A stretch of 63,246 nt of DNA, filler included, from Asterionella formosa (GCA_002256025.1; 8 parts of 8 records of this genome joined end to end with filler, not necessarily neighbours in it), one strand, 5' to 3'; positions 1 to 13,667 are shown, counted from the first letter of the whole stretch. The notes: generated by a model from the sequence alone, not told the origin. Numbers and translations: made by a program.

Positions 1-196
1 GATTCACTTGTCAATAAGTAAACATCTCCAGTCATTTGTCAATAAATGTCGCATGTTTTGGGTCTTGGTTTCTAATCACTACTAAGAATATTGATTCTCG
101 ATTCGTTGGATTCCATATATTTTATCATGGTTCCACCTCGAGAAAAATGTACAGGGGGGTCCCGCAACAACAGGGGTGGTCCAGGACAATGAAGTA

Positions 197-2990
197 TACA
201 GTATGAATGTTCCAGCCTCAACTGTACTGTTGACAGGGTAAGATGCGGCACCGATAAACAATCGTTGAGACCTCTGACTGATGCATCATATACCATTTGA
301 GGTCGGCTCCAAAGAATGAAGTGAGTGACTTCACTTGGCTGGGACCCAAGTACCCACGTTTTCTAGTTTTTCTTTCCTTTTTTCTTGTAGCTTTTGATCT
401 GTTTCACTCGTTGTGCCTTGAAGTAGTCCAGAGGGGCACTGGTAAAAAGCACGTCCAAGCCATCCCTTATTTCTGATTGATAATACTCTGGTCATCGGCA
501 AAACATAGGTTGTGACTCCTTCCCCTCCCAATTCCACCAGCTAGCAAAAAGTGGCGTGTCTCATACAGCAATTGGCTCCTGCATTCCAATCCAAGGTTCT
601 TGTAGAACACCACTCTTGCCACCATGTTACATAAGTTTCCTTTCCTAATTTCTCCCACTGGTACTTTATGGCTTGAGCATCGTAGAACGCACATGTGTAT
701 GGTGCTCCGGAGAGATCCATGTGTCAAAGATAGCCAATTGTTGAAAGATCGGCGAACTCGCCTCCACCAAGAACGTACAACCAAGATTCACAAGGACTTT
801 AAGGCAGCATCTGCTTTCAATTTCGATGATGAACCACCCGAGCCCTCCAGAAGGGCATCGTGCCATATGTGCAAGGGAATCGTCGCTTTTAGAATGCGTT
901 GTGTTGTATAATCCAGTGCGTTCGAACCCTAATCCTAACCCTAGCCACCTGTGTTCCGGCGATGCCAGGTGAGGACGTGTGTTGTCTTCTTGTTCCGGTT
1001 TGGTGCGCTTTGCCAAGTCAAATTTCAGATCCAAAAATTTCCTTTTTAAGGAAGTTGAGCGCACAGTTTCTGGATGCACTGCCCATGATGTACCTGGTGT
1101 AGGCGCCAGTGCACCTTGCGTAGTTGGTGAGTGTGCTGTTTCTTGTCGCACACCTTGCGTAGTCAACAAGGGTGTTGTTTCTTGTCGCACTTCATGCAGT
1201 TTATCTAGTGCAGTCCAGCCCCCCCCCCCCCCATTGTTAATTCTAACCAAGGCCTAAAGGCCGCATAGCCAGCTGAAAGACAACAGTTCCTGGGCAAAAT
1301 GCGGTCCAGAATCCATTGGTGATCTGCTGGTGTCAAAAGTTTAAGTACCCTTTCTGGGAAATCAAAGCTGATCAACCATTCGGCCAGGGTGAGCCGATGG
1401 CAAACATAGCCCGTTGGGCGAAAAACCATTCAAGAACACAAACTGGGGCCTCGCGTCATCAAAGGCCGGATACAGACAGAAGCCATAATAAATACCTCCT
1501 TGAAGGCAAAGAGCAGCAGGCGAATTTGGTGGAGGAAGGGATGATGGTAAAGCACATGGGGTAGCATGTTCGATGGAACTGAAGATCGTGGACAGGTCCT
1601 GTGCCAGATAAGTAGGAGGGACAGGAACAGGAGGTAGTAGAGTCGATGTTCTTGCCACAGAAACAGTTGGATTACCCACATCGTGGTAGTAACTCCTCCC
1701 ACATGCATGTGAGGTAAGTTTAGAGTATGTTGTCGCCATAGCGGAGTACTGCGGCGCAACGATCCGACAACCAAAAAGTTCGTGACTGAATTCCAAAATT
1801 CCACCAGCAAGGACCATTTCATTCGCTCCACAACGACCAGTCTTGAGCCTGAGATGCCATTTCTACCAGGGAACTTAAAAGTTAAGAGACCTGTGGTTAG
1901 GGCGATACAAACAAGACCCATGGGGTCCGAGCAGATGACCCATTCAACCCTCACATGAAAGCTTTTCAAAAGTGGCAACCAATTTTACCAAGACTGCATA
2001 ATTAACCCACAAGTATTATCCTCGGCATCCTGACATATAGTAATTAAACCAACCATGGTGCTGCATAACGTGTGCCCTTTAGAGGAGTTAAGAATCATCA
2101 TGTTACTAGGGGACACCATGATGAATAGGGCTTGTCAACCCTGGCCAGCAGCACCACCTTGTCCACCACCTGGCTGGGAGACGATTCACTTTTGTGTCCA
2201 AACGATCAATTTTGGTATCCATGGCATGAACTGAAGTTTTAACAGCATCCATTTCAGCATTTGATACCATTTCGGATGACATGCATGGAAAGGACAGTGT
2301 GAATGCAATGATGCCCATCCAGGCCTTGATGTATCATATCATTAAGTAACCGATGTGTTTGAAATACCACCCAAATAACATTGGCGCTGGCCAACACCAG
2401 GTCATCAGTTGTGTGCGTCGAGTCTTGAGAGCAGTCGTGCCAATAACACGAAGTTGTTCAAACAAGGCGAAGACAGACTGAGAAACAATGTCCCAAGCGT
2501 CTGTCTCATCAAGCCTACCATCTTCCAGCAATCGATGATAGAAAGTACCAATCCACAAAACTCATCAACTCATCGAGGCCCAATGGATCAGGTGAGTAAT
2601 GTCTGCTAAAGTGTCTGAGTCCTGATTGCAGAGTTGTGGAAACATTGTCAAAAGTGCACACACTTCCAATCTCATACTCATGGAAACGTGATCACAGAAA
2701 CCGGTTCTTACCATGTTCCATTGCCCAAAATCTTTGATAGCCAGAAGTGCGCAACATCCGTACGCAAGAAAGGAGTTGGCATGATCAGAGATTAGCTTTT
2801 CAAGACCAACAAGGTAGGTTTCTTGGTTTGAAACATTTTTTTGGTGCGATCCAGCCACTTCAACTTGCATGTATTCTGCGGCATCGTAAGTCTGAGTTTT
2901 AGTCTTTCCCAGAAAGTAGTAGAGGAACAACCACAATCCAATTTTCAAGCGGGCCACGCGAATTGCAAAAACTCCGTTTGCCACAGTTCA
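197..2990 (-). mobile_element. Degenerate DIRS/Ngaro-like (tyrosine-recombinase class) retrotransposon remnant: gag-like ORF and N-terminal part of pol/RT, many frameshifts
   Basis: Collinear minus-strand fragments resemble diatom elements of this type as I recall them: FYHRLL..DAWDIVSQSVFALFEQLRV (2334-2558), VFRPTGYVCHRLTLAEW..D.P, KSDD, VRSWWRRVRRSFNNW, SWWNW, then SLTSFF..MVYDASVRGLND (RT start, ~230-330). The RT is cut off at ~195. Confidence 0.55.
1111..1190. repeat. Two-copy ~39-bp tandem repeat inside the retroelement remnant
   Basis: caccttgcgtagt...tgtttcttgtcgcac occurs twice; on the minus strand it reads VRQETTPLLTTQG / VRQETAHSPTTQG. Confidence 0.8.
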
Positions 2991-3712
2991 CAGTCCAGAT
3001 TTAAATGCATTTACCGGGTATACCGGTACGCGTACTACCGGTAGACTACCTTCCGGTTCCTCTCTGTTACATATCATCATTTTTGACCCTAACCCTATNN
3101 NNNNNNNNNNNNNNNNNNNNNNNNNNNNNNNNNNNNNNNNNNNNNNNNNNNNNNNNNNNNNNNNNNNNNNNNNNNNNNNNNNNNNNNNNNNNNNNNNNNN
3201 NNNNNNNNNNNNNNNNNNNNNNNNNNNNNNNNNNNNNNNNNNNNNNNNNNNNNNNNNNNNNNNNNNNNNNNNNNNNNNNNNNNNNNNNNNNNNNNNNNNN
3301 NNNNNNNNNNNNNNNNNNNNNNNNNNNNNNNNNNNNNNNNNNNNNNNNNNNNNNNNNNNNNNNNNNNNNNNNNNNNNNNNNNNNNNNNNNNNNNNNNNNN
3401 NNNNNNNNNNNNNNNNNNNNNNNNNNNNNNNNNNNNNNNNNNNNNNNNNNNNNNNNNNNNNNNNNNNNNNNNNNNNNNNNNNNNNNNNNNNNNNNNNNNN
3501 NNNNNNNNNNNNNNNNNNNNNNNNNNNNNNNNNNNNNNNNNNNNNNNNNNNNNNNNNNNNNNNNNNNNNNNNNNNNNNNNNNNNNNNNNNNNNNNNNNNN
3601 NNNNNNNNNNNNNNNNNNNNNNNNNNNNNNNNNNNNNNNNNNNNNNNNNNNNNNNNNNNNNNNNNNNNNNNNNNNNNNNNNNNNNNNNNNNNNNNNNNNN
3701 NNNNNNNNNNNN

Positions 3713-4694
3713 CAATATCATCGCCACCCTTGATTTTGCTAGTATAAGTCATACTACCATTGCTGCCTCTCGCCTTTTCCTTGTCAAAAAAATTCCCAAG
3801 TCCACCACTATTACTTCCTGTACCATTACTTCTGTTGGACCTGCGGGACGTGCTATTGCCCATAGTACGCATGGACTCATCCTTGCTCTTTCGATACACT
3901 TGCAAGGAATCCTTGGTGTGTTCAGTAATGACAGTCCCACCATCATCAATTCCATCACATTCTCCATCATCAAGGAGAGCTGCCTCCGCTTCTGCTTCTT
4001 CATCTTGATGAAATAAAAATGCATCCTGTGATTCCAAAGGTGAATCTGGCATGGTTTCAAACTCCTTACTAAAGGATGCGTGAAACGGTGTTGGATCAAA
4101 CGAGGCATTGAAAAAGTTGGGAGATGCAGCTTCATCAGCCAGCCCTTCCGCAAACGTCGAACGAAAGGAGGTTTGCGGATTTGATTTCATAGATCCCCAC
4201 ATGGATTGCAAAAAATCTTTGCTTTGGGTAGATGCTGCTGGAGGAATGTTATTTAAATCATCCTCCAGCGAGTCGTCATCGTGTCTATTACTCGCATCAC
4301 TAGTCTCATCATACTCACCATCATCTCCATTTGTTCGTTGCAACAACCCCACCGTTCGTTTCAGTTGATGGTATTCTTCTTGACTGCGTTCCCATTCTTG
4401 CTTGACTTTCCAATGTTCCACCTTTTTTTGTTTGACAACTTGTGTTAGCGAAGTGAGTTGTTGCTTCAAACCACTTCGCTGTTGTTCGTTATTGGATATG
4501 TTATCCTGAGCATCATCATCATCATCATCATCATCATCTAACTGATCCTTGAGTTTCAATTGTTCTTGTTGCAATTGTTCAATGCGTTGTCGTTGTTTGG
4601 ACTTTAGTACTCGAACGTTGGTTAGTTCTTGTGTAAGACGTTCCAATTCCAATTCCAACTCGCGTCGGCTTTCAAGCGTGTCAAGTTTGGACAT
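3713..4694 (-). CDS. Hypothetical coiled-coil / acidic low-complexity protein, 3' end lost in gap
   Basis: Open frame of more than 320 codons from ATG 4694 with heptad-rich E/Q/L/K N-terminus and a poly-D tract; runs into the N gap. Confidence 0.7.
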
Positions 4695-6810
4695 GGTGAA
4701 GAAAGAGTCTTGAGAGAGAGAGAGAGATTGTGAAAGAATTGAGAAGGAGTCCTGGGTGGAGGCACTATATATACAAGGATGACTCTAGTCGGAGTGATAA
4801 AAAACCGTAAAGGTGTCGGATATTGAATGACCGGAGGATCTTCAAAAGGCGCGTGCGTGCTTACTTGCTTATGGGTATAATAACAAATCAGTTTTGATGA
4901 GCGCGTCAATGGTAAAAAAGACTGTTACAATGAGAGAAGAGAGATTTGGGCAAAATGAATCAATCCAGCGGTGAATGGAATTGTTTCGTTGTGTTGCACC
5001 AAGACAAGCGGATTTCAATGCTGGAGGGTGTGAAGTGATAGGACGACGAAGCAAGCAAGAAAAGTATTAGAAAAAACCGGAAAGTAACAATGGAATAGGC
5101 AATACACGGGGGTATGCATTCGCTCTATGTATGGTATGATACCGATATATACGGAATTTGCACTATATATATAGCATAGACTACCAGGGTACCTGATGGT
5201 AATCGTGAACAATGATCCCAGTCATTTTAGTTTTATTGAATCAACGGACTCCTCTACTTTTTTAGTATATAGTAGTAGAGAGTAGGGAGTAACTTCAAAA
5301 GGTACCTGGAGCACTTGGTAACGTGTAACGGTATGATGCATGCTTACCGGTAGCGAGGTTTACAATACTGTACATACATACCGGTATCTACATTCCGGTG
5401 TATGAGATGTACCGGTAAGATATGTATGGATCATCTCATCAGCATCCCTTCTCATACATATATACTAGAAATGGTCCGCCTCCTTCTCCATGAGACCTCA
5501 TCAATTCGTCCGCATTTGATAGTTACAGTTGCCAGGTACCAGCAGTGTACCTGGTAGTGTGAATAAATGGCGTTGTATGCTGATGTTGCAGGTCGCAGCT
5601 ACATCCATTTTGTTACCCGTATTATTCATATTGTCACACATGTTACTCCCTCGGTCCTTTTCTTGGGGAGGTACACGGTACCTATGGAATGTGTCATAGA
5701 GTTACATATCGACAAAATGGATACTTTTTGTTTACAGTCCGCTGTAGATAATGTAGTTAGAAAAGGACTGCTTGGGACCGCATGTTTGTTTTGTAACTAA
5801 TTGTGTTCTTATTGGGCCTCTTAGTGGTAAGTCCACTTTGGTAACGAAACATACTGATACTCATGTTGCGGATACATTTTGTANNNNNNNNNNNNNNNNN
5901 NNNNNNNNNNNNNNNNNNNNNNNNNNNNNNNNNNNNNNNNNNNNNNNNNNNNNNNNNNNNNNNNNNNNNNNNNNNNNNNNNNNNNNNNNNNNNNNNNNNN
6001 NNNNNNNNNNNNNNNNNNNNNNNNNNNNNNNNNNNNNNNNNNNNNNNNNNNNNNNNNNNNNNNNNNNNNNNNNNNNNNNNNNNNNNNNNNNNNNNNNNNN
6101 NNNNNNNNNNNNNNNNNNNNNNNCGTAAATTTTTTAACTAGGCTTGATAGCCCCCTTGTTTTTGACTACCAGCACCAGTGTACCTGGGTACCTGGTACTA
6201 CCTGGTACCAGGTTTATCTTTTGGATAGCCAGGTGCCAGATACCACCCAACAATGTTACTTCTCGTGGGGTCATTGGAGTACCTGTACATGAATCCTGTC
6301 GGAGACCCTTCGGAGTGTGGTTGTTCGGTGAAATGTTCATAAAATATTCAATCTTTGACCATTAGAAATGGCATTGTGTAGTAAATATGTCCGATACGTG
6401 AACTAAAATACCCGTAATGCATTCGGACAGTTCTGTAAGGTGCACAGGTTATATCGAGCTCCTGCTGTCGACGACTTGAGCACTTGGAGAGGAGATTTAG
6501 TCATACCTTGGGCAGTAAGAAATTTCATGACAAAAGCAAACCATTAATCGGATTGAGATGGAGTCGGAGAATGGATTGCTTCTGATCCCCCCCCCTGCAA
6601 TGACTGTAATTGGTACAAAAAGGGAACATTCGAACCACAGGCCTTGTAAAATATACGACGAATGCCGGTATTATTGACGGGGTCATCCCAATCTCGAGAA
6701 ATACCAACTGAAACAAAATCATGATCACATTTCTCCTGTTGCATAAATTAGTGCCATCACTGGGTCGCATACCTCTAAATCATCTACCACTAATAGTCTC
6801 TCCCCATAGC

Positions 6811-7832
6811 ATGCAGATTGTAAAAATGACGGGTTGTACCATGGCCCTTGAGGCACCAGCAATTTCACCACCATCATATCCCAAAATGTTCTCCTCGGCT
6901 ACTGCAAGGAAAGTAAAAGAGTTTTCCAGCTCTATCGGGTCCATTGCGTCCTACATCTCGGGATCCAGTTTCGATGACTACGATGCTGACAGTAGGAACG
7001 ATAGTTCGATCATGTGCATGGACTGGAACGAATCATCCCACGACCACGCCGACCAAATCCCACCCTCCCGTCGACCAGCACTTAGGAGGGATTCCAAAGC
7101 GGCCAAGAAAGAAAAACTTGAGCTGTCATTAAACGACTTGGACGAAAGGATTCAAAATGCCAGAGCTGAATTACAATTTCGGAACATGGCAGGCTCGGTG
7201 GTTCATGTCACTCATGCTGTAGAACTCGAGACGATTCAAAAAAATCACGACCTTGTTCGTTTTAAGTTAGTACAACAACAGGGATCCGTCGAACAACGAT
7301 ATTCACTTCATTCATATGTGTCAGCCATTCGGTTGGTCAGTAAACAGACAGGCCAACAACCCAGCAGTAGCTACGAAAACAACTTACAAGGACAAGTCTG
7401 TCGATCCATTCATGTCTTGTGTGTGGCGAAAGAACAATTGCGTTTAAAGAAGGAGCAAGCCACATGTCTCGTCGAATGGATGAATGGAGAATCTAGACGT
7501 CTGAATGATGAGAAAAATCAAATTGAAGTGGAATTGTTGAGTCGAGTATTCGACAGCACATGCGAAAAAAGAACTATAAAGGAAATATCCGAATCCATCC
7601 TAAAAGGACAAGAAGCTGCAATCGACAATACGTTGCAAGCTGAATTCAACCCATCAAATAGTCGTTACAAACAGGAGCAGAGAGTCGAACCGAAAAATCG
7701 AGGAGGAAGGATTCAGCGACGAGCGTCCTTGGGACCTTCGGATACCTGCTTCGTTGTGATGGAACACTCTAGCACTGATCCGACAGATGAGAGCACTCCT
7801 AGTACTAATCAATTCATGCATACACTGAGAAG
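6811..7832 (+). CDS. Hypothetical coiled-coil protein, 3' end lost in gap
   Basis: Open frame of about 340 codons (start uncertain, 6721-6841) with Ser-rich N-terminus and helical E/K/Q-rich middle. Confidence 0.7.
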
Positions 7833-8040
7833 NNNNNNNNNNNNNNNNNNNNNNNNNNNNNNNNNNNNNNNNNNNNTTAATTAATTAANNNNNNNNNNNN
7901 NNNNNNNNNNNNNNNNNNNNNNNNNNNNNNNNCAGAAGTGAATCAAATACGAGGCAGGGTGTGATGTGAGGATCATCATTGATGCGACGGAAGACCTGGG
8001 GATCGATGACTGTTCGACACTGACGCAGACACACCCTTCT

Positions 8041-8073
8041 CTGCCGACTGCCGACTGCCGACTGCCGACTGCC
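8041..8073. repeat. Heptamer tandem repeat (CTGCCGA)x4+
   Basis: ctgccgactgccgactgccgactgccgactgcc read directly. Confidence 0.9.
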
Positions 8074-9269
8074 TGTCCGGTTGATGGTTCGACTGATGAA
8101 GGTTCTGATCTGGAATCTGCAATTCGTCTACTGTACCGGTAGCATCTGATGATGTCTTAGCTAATAGTAAACCACGCAAAGGAGTGTTGCTTCTGGTTAT
8201 ATTGTCTTACATAGGAGTGGTTTGGACAAATGAAAAAGGGTCCTACAAGATAAAAGTAGTAACAGTAACAGTACTTAAGTTGGCGGTGAATAAATGCATG
8301 GTAAAGCTAGTATGGTCGTGAAAGTTTGTAAGCAAGCTTAATATGATAGTAGTAGTCTTCAGCTACCAGGGAATCAGGGACGAACCAGGTAGTAAGTAAC
8401 CTACCGGTATATACCGGTACGGTACTTTGGTGTAAAATTTGAGTTAGATTAGTGCGGAACTGTACACTATATTGACATAATGGGTTCTGTTCATCAACGT
8501 ATTTGCAAACTACCACTCTTACAGAAAATTATTTATAGAATAAACTGATGTCGTTCTCACACATGATACCATACCGGTACCAATAACAGTACATGTAACA
8601 TGTATGATTATTTTATTTATGTCGCAGAGATTTGTAGAAAAGCGTATTTATGAACGAGTCGTCTCCATATCGGCACCCAGATTAAAAGTACCTAACTCTG
8701 GCTGTACCCAGATTTTAATGAACTTCGAACTACTGGTACCGGTACCGGTATGTAATTGGGATGTGTGTTGTGTGTTGTGCACCACCCCCAACAAGGGACC
8801 GTGTTACAAAATACCGGTAGACAACCTATTCCGAGTACGGGTAATTGTTATATATACCGGTAGCACTTTAGTAAGTACCTAGAATAGACCTAGACTACCG
8901 GTACCGCTACTGCTACTGCTACCGGTACCGGTAGTCTACTCCATTTTAAGAAAAAGTAAGTAAAGTTACCTGCCGGTATCATAGTTTTATCCATGGCTGA
9001 CGAGTGCGAGGATCAACATTCGAAAATTTAAACACGGACTACTGGTAAGACAATTTCTCTAGTACCACATGCATGCACAAAATCATCGCCTGACGTACCT
9101 GGCAAAGCCTGTAGTCTACCAGGTACAAGATCATACCGTACTTCGTGGCAGCAAATAATGCATAGGAATGGATAAGAAAAATGTACGACTGATTGGCAAA
9201 ATACCCCGAGCATCAGGTAAACGGTCCTTTAAACTAAAAGGCAGGAGGGAGAAACATTGCATCTTGCAT

Positions 9270-9490
9270 AGCAGCACCTGGTACCTGGTAGTCTACCAGC
9301 AAGTTGCGGTTATTTTGCTTAAGGTTCCTGCATTTCAACCCTTAATTAGAGGTAGGGTTTAAGATATAATATTGAGTCAGAGAACCGGTATTCAAACATT
9401 ACACACACTTCTTACGACTAAAACATAAATGTGTATCGCTAAACGGAGCTTTCACCAATATACACCCTTACCGTATGCTTAGATACCTAG
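9270..9490 (+). repeat. Dispersed repeat, copy 1 (inverted copy at ~48820-49100)
   Basis: The reverse complement of tatcgctaaacggagctttcaccaatatacaccctt..atgcttagatacc and flanks recurs at 48820-48965. Confidence 0.8.
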
Positions 9491-10787
9491 GTTTTGGTAC
9501 TGGTAGACCACCGGTACCGGACAACGCTATACTGTGTGATGGGCAATGTTATTGCCCGTGAAAGTTTAATGTCTGATCAGAGATCAAATTTTCAACGTAG
9601 CGAGGAAGTACGGAGTTTCCCGTACCTCCCAGTACCGGTAGTTCGTTCTCGTCACTCAGTGAAGCAGAACATCCACTACGAATTTATCACACACACTTAG
9701 AATACGTGATCGTCGTCCATTCTCGGAAAACTAAGGCTGGTTGCATTAAAAAAATTATAGTAGCTCACATAGCGCTGGTACAAAATATTATCCTTATCCC
9801 TACTATAGGAAGGAATATCACGCCAATTTGTTTGCTTCGATCGGCTCACCATGTTGCTCAATATTGCCGCCGTTTCCTGTGCAAAAGTGATTCCCCAAAG
9901 GCTTTTATATTCGTTTGTATGGTCATGAGTGAAATGCTTTTGGGAAATCACTTTTCACATGATATTCAAAAAGTTATAGCAATATCCGTTTTGGCCGCCT
10001 TCAGTGACATCTAAGCCGCGAACTACGCCACTTTTCGAAATTTCGTCTACATATGAGTGTTAATTATGTGGTATTTCACATGCAATAATGCCACTCTTCA
10101 CGTAAAAAAGATTGCTTTTAACGGTTTCATGTGGCTGAAGTTTTAACTGCTTCATGTGAAGTTTTCACAATGAATTTTGAATGCGAGACTGAATTAGTTG
10201 ATGTTTCAAATAATTCATTTGACTTTTCGAAATTTCGGCTACGTACGAGTGTTAATTATGTGGTACTTCACATGCATTAATGCCAATCTTCACATAAAGA
10301 AATTACTTTTAATGGTTTCATGTGAAGTTTTAACTGTTTCAGTTGATGTTTCAAATAATTCATTTGAAAGTTCAACTAAGATCCTGCTCTTGCTGAGGCT
10401 AATACATTCACAACACGCATTTTACTTAATGAAATAGTAAGGATATTTGTGGTGTCTCATGTCATCCATCTGAGATCAAAGTTTTACGGTTGTACACATC
10501 ACATGAAGAACTCACACTTTCCGGTAAAAAAGCTCCCTCTTCCCAGTTTTCATGTTATGTAGGTTATTACCGGTACTAGGTAACTGTGCTACTAGCCAGT
10601 GGTAGGCAACCCAATTTTTTTACGTGATTATTATTACTCAACAAAATCAACACTGGTGGAATTATGTCTACTGATGAGGATGGTAGTATTGTTTGCCAAA
10701 TATGTGCCAAATAAGGTCCATTATTTTAGCTACCGGTTATTCTTATTTTTCTCTTGCAAACACAGCACTGCAACGACAGCAAATATC

Positions 10788-12614
10788 ATGGATCTGTGTG
10801 ACAATAACGACAAGGACAAATGTCGATTCTGTGGTAAAGGTCCTTTTAAATCAATTCGTGGTCATCACAGACACAGCCCCTCGTGTGGGCAACAATATAT
10901 GAATCAATCTCAGATTCAAGCATCGCAGACATCATCAATGGTAGCGACTTCGCCAAGAGATGGACGACACCACTCTCAAGACCTCCTTGCAAAAATCCTG
11001 AAACAATCGCCACCAGCCATTGATTTCGGCCGTTCAAACAGTTTGTTTTGATGCCGATGACTATGATAATGGTTTATTCCTTGATAGTTTAGTAGATCAT
11101 GATGCTGCTGCTATTAATGGTCCAATCATTCAGAACGGAGAAATAAACGACATTATAAACCCTACCAACTTCCGATTTTGCCAAGAAGATCCAGGTACAG
11201 CCTACACACAAAAGGATGTTGTAAAAACGGAGCTACTTAGCATTTTACTTGGTAGTAGGTCACCATTATATCTTTATGATGCAATTCTTAAATGGCATGT
11301 CTCTTCTCAAATGGCAGGAATGACGATTTTAGAAGCTGTTCCTCAACGTCGAAACACATATCTGAAAGATCTGTTTACCCGGTTTGAGATGGAAGACAAA
11401 AACCATGTGTTAAGGCAGTCACCCTCCACTGTGGTAGAAGTGTCGACGTTGTTTGCTTTGATTTTCTTGTTGCAATCAAGAGCTTACTTTCCAATCCCAG
11501 ATTGATGCATCCCAATAATGTGTCATTTGATTTTTCTGATCCCTGCAAGGCTCCACAACCGTCTGATGTCCGTTCAGAATTACACACCGGGAGTTGGTGG
11601 ATTGACGCTCACAACTGTCTGTGCATTCAACCCAATGATTTTCTCGTCCCTCTCAATGTTTTTCATTGATAGAACACATACTGTATGTAGAAAATTCTAA
11701 ATTCACCATGGAGCCATTTTTTTCTCTTGGGATTTTCCGTACAACTGTTAAGAACAAAGTCATTGCTTGGCACCCCCTTGGTCTAATACCAAAACTTGAT
11801 AGTCAGAGTCTTGCAATGAACGAAAATATGACTGCTGATGATAAGTGCAAGGATTATCATACAATTTTGGCAATTATATTGTCGGGAGTTCAAGAGACTC
11901 AGAAATCTGGTGGCTTCAAGTATAATTTCAATTTCCATGGTAAACAGCATAGCCTGGTTGTAAAGGTACCGATCGGGTTGGTGCTTGGCGATGCGGAAGG
12001 ATTGGACAATCAGTGTGGGAGGATTAAATATTACTTGCAAGCTTTTCGTCTCTGTCGGGAATGTGATTGTTCATACAACAGTTTAGATAAACCATCAATC
12101 AAATGCTCTCCAGTAGGTCAAGTGGGTTTTGCTGCCCTATTAGGAATGAATGACAAAACACTACTAATGGATGCTGTGTCACAGCATTTTATCACACCTT
12201 GCTGGTATGCGTTGGATTTCGGTAGAGATCCATTGGGAATCAATGGCCATTGCCCTCCTGAAAAGTTGCACTCAATACATGAGGGAATGATGCATTATCT
12301 CATTCTTCTGTTCTTGGTAAAGTTTGGCACTGTTACCTCTGCTCAGGGGTTGAAAAATAGAACCGCTTTTGATACATTATTCATAAAAGTGTAAAAGATG
12401 ATGCAACATCAAAGCGATCCGGATATGCCAAGGTGCAATTTTCATGGTGGATTCCATGGATGTTGTCCAAAGATAACAGGAAATGAAACCGTTGCGGCAA
12501 GAATGCTTGTTGCTTGTTTGGTAATGGCTACAGACGCCGGAATCAAGCTTTGCAAGGATGAGGTTGGAATGTCAATGCAGGAAATAAAAGACATCCATCG
12601 CCTTGCAAAGCAAG
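10788..12614 (+). pseudogene. Frameshifted Plavaka-like (CMC/EnSpm-related) transposase
   Basis: N-terminal CxxC..H..C zinc finger (CRFCGKGPFKSIRGHHRHSPSC), then FFIDRTH, MEPFFSLGIF..AWHPLGLIP, GDAEGLDNQCGR, CRECDC, PPEKLHSIHEG, spread over several frames with stops. Confidence 0.7.
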
Positions 12615-13667
12615 CTCCTTTCCATTGAAAAACTCTGAAAGCATATTCTGAACCTTTGGAATACGGGTGGAACCACCAACGAGGATGATTTCGTCAACAG
12701 CGTTCTTCGAAATCTTGGCATCACGCAAGACTTTTTCGCAAGGGTCCATACACTTCTTGAAGTAGTTCATGCACAGATCCTCGAAACGAGCACGCGTGAT
12801 AGTAGAGTTGAAATCGACTCCGTCAAAGAGTGAGTGAATCTCAATGTGAGCTTGAGTAGATGATGAAAGGGTTCGCTTGGCACGTTTGCAAGCAGTTCTA
12901 AGACGATGGAGGGAACGTTGGTTCTCGCTCATGTCCTTGCGGTGGCGACGCTTGAAGTCCTGAAGGAAGTAGTCTACCATGCGGTTATCGAAATCTTCAC
13001 CACCCAAATGAGTATCTCCACCAGCAGTGGCCTTGACCTCAAAGATACCTTCTTCAATGGTCAAAAGAGACACATCAAAGGTTCCACCACCAAGATCGAA
13101 GATGAGAACATTCTTCTCGTCTCCCTTCTTGTCAAGACCGTATGCAATAGCAGCAGCGGTGGGCTCATTAATGATACGAAGAACATTGAGTCCCGAAATG
13201 GATCCAGCATCCTTGGTCGCCTGACGCTGGGAGTCATTGAAGTAAGCGGGCACAGAGATGACAGCGTTCTTGACTTCCTTTTTGAGGTACACTTCGGCGA
13301 TTTCTCTCATCTTCATGAGAACCATAGAGGATATCTCCTCAGCCTTGAAATGTTTCGTCTCTCCCATGTACTCGACCTCAATGATGGGGGTTCCGCCGGT
13401 TCCCGACAAGACCGTGAAAGGCCAGTGCTTCATGTTGGCTTGGACACTGGCGTCAGTGAACTTGCGTCCGATGAGACGTTTAGCATCAAAAACAGTGTTT
13501 AATGCGTTTATTGTGGCCTGCGACTTGGCGGCATCTCCAATGAGACGCTCGGTTTCGGTGAAAGCCATGTATGACAGAGTTGTGCGGTTACCTTGTTCAT
13601 TTGCAATGATCTCGACACAGTCGTTTTGCCAGACTCCAACACAGGAGAAAGTAGTACCCAAGTCAAT
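12615..13667 (-). pseudogene. HSP70: Cytosolic Hsp70 nucleotide-binding-domain fragment, truncated at both ends and decayed
   Basis: [71 protein letters not shown]. Similarity stops at FFNGKE; there is no substrate-binding domain or EEVD, and conserved positions carry substitutions. Confidence 0.95.

Noticed and set aside
2988..3733. Long ORFs spanning N runs (also ~5.8-6.3, 50.4-51.2 and 52.3-53.1 kb)
   Set aside because: Their length comes from untranslatable Ns.
7877..7888. TTAATTAATTAA between N runs (also ~15802, 23726, 31646, 39558, 47470, 55381)
   Set aside because: Identical stop-rich spacer centred in fixed-length gaps; an assembly linker, not biology.
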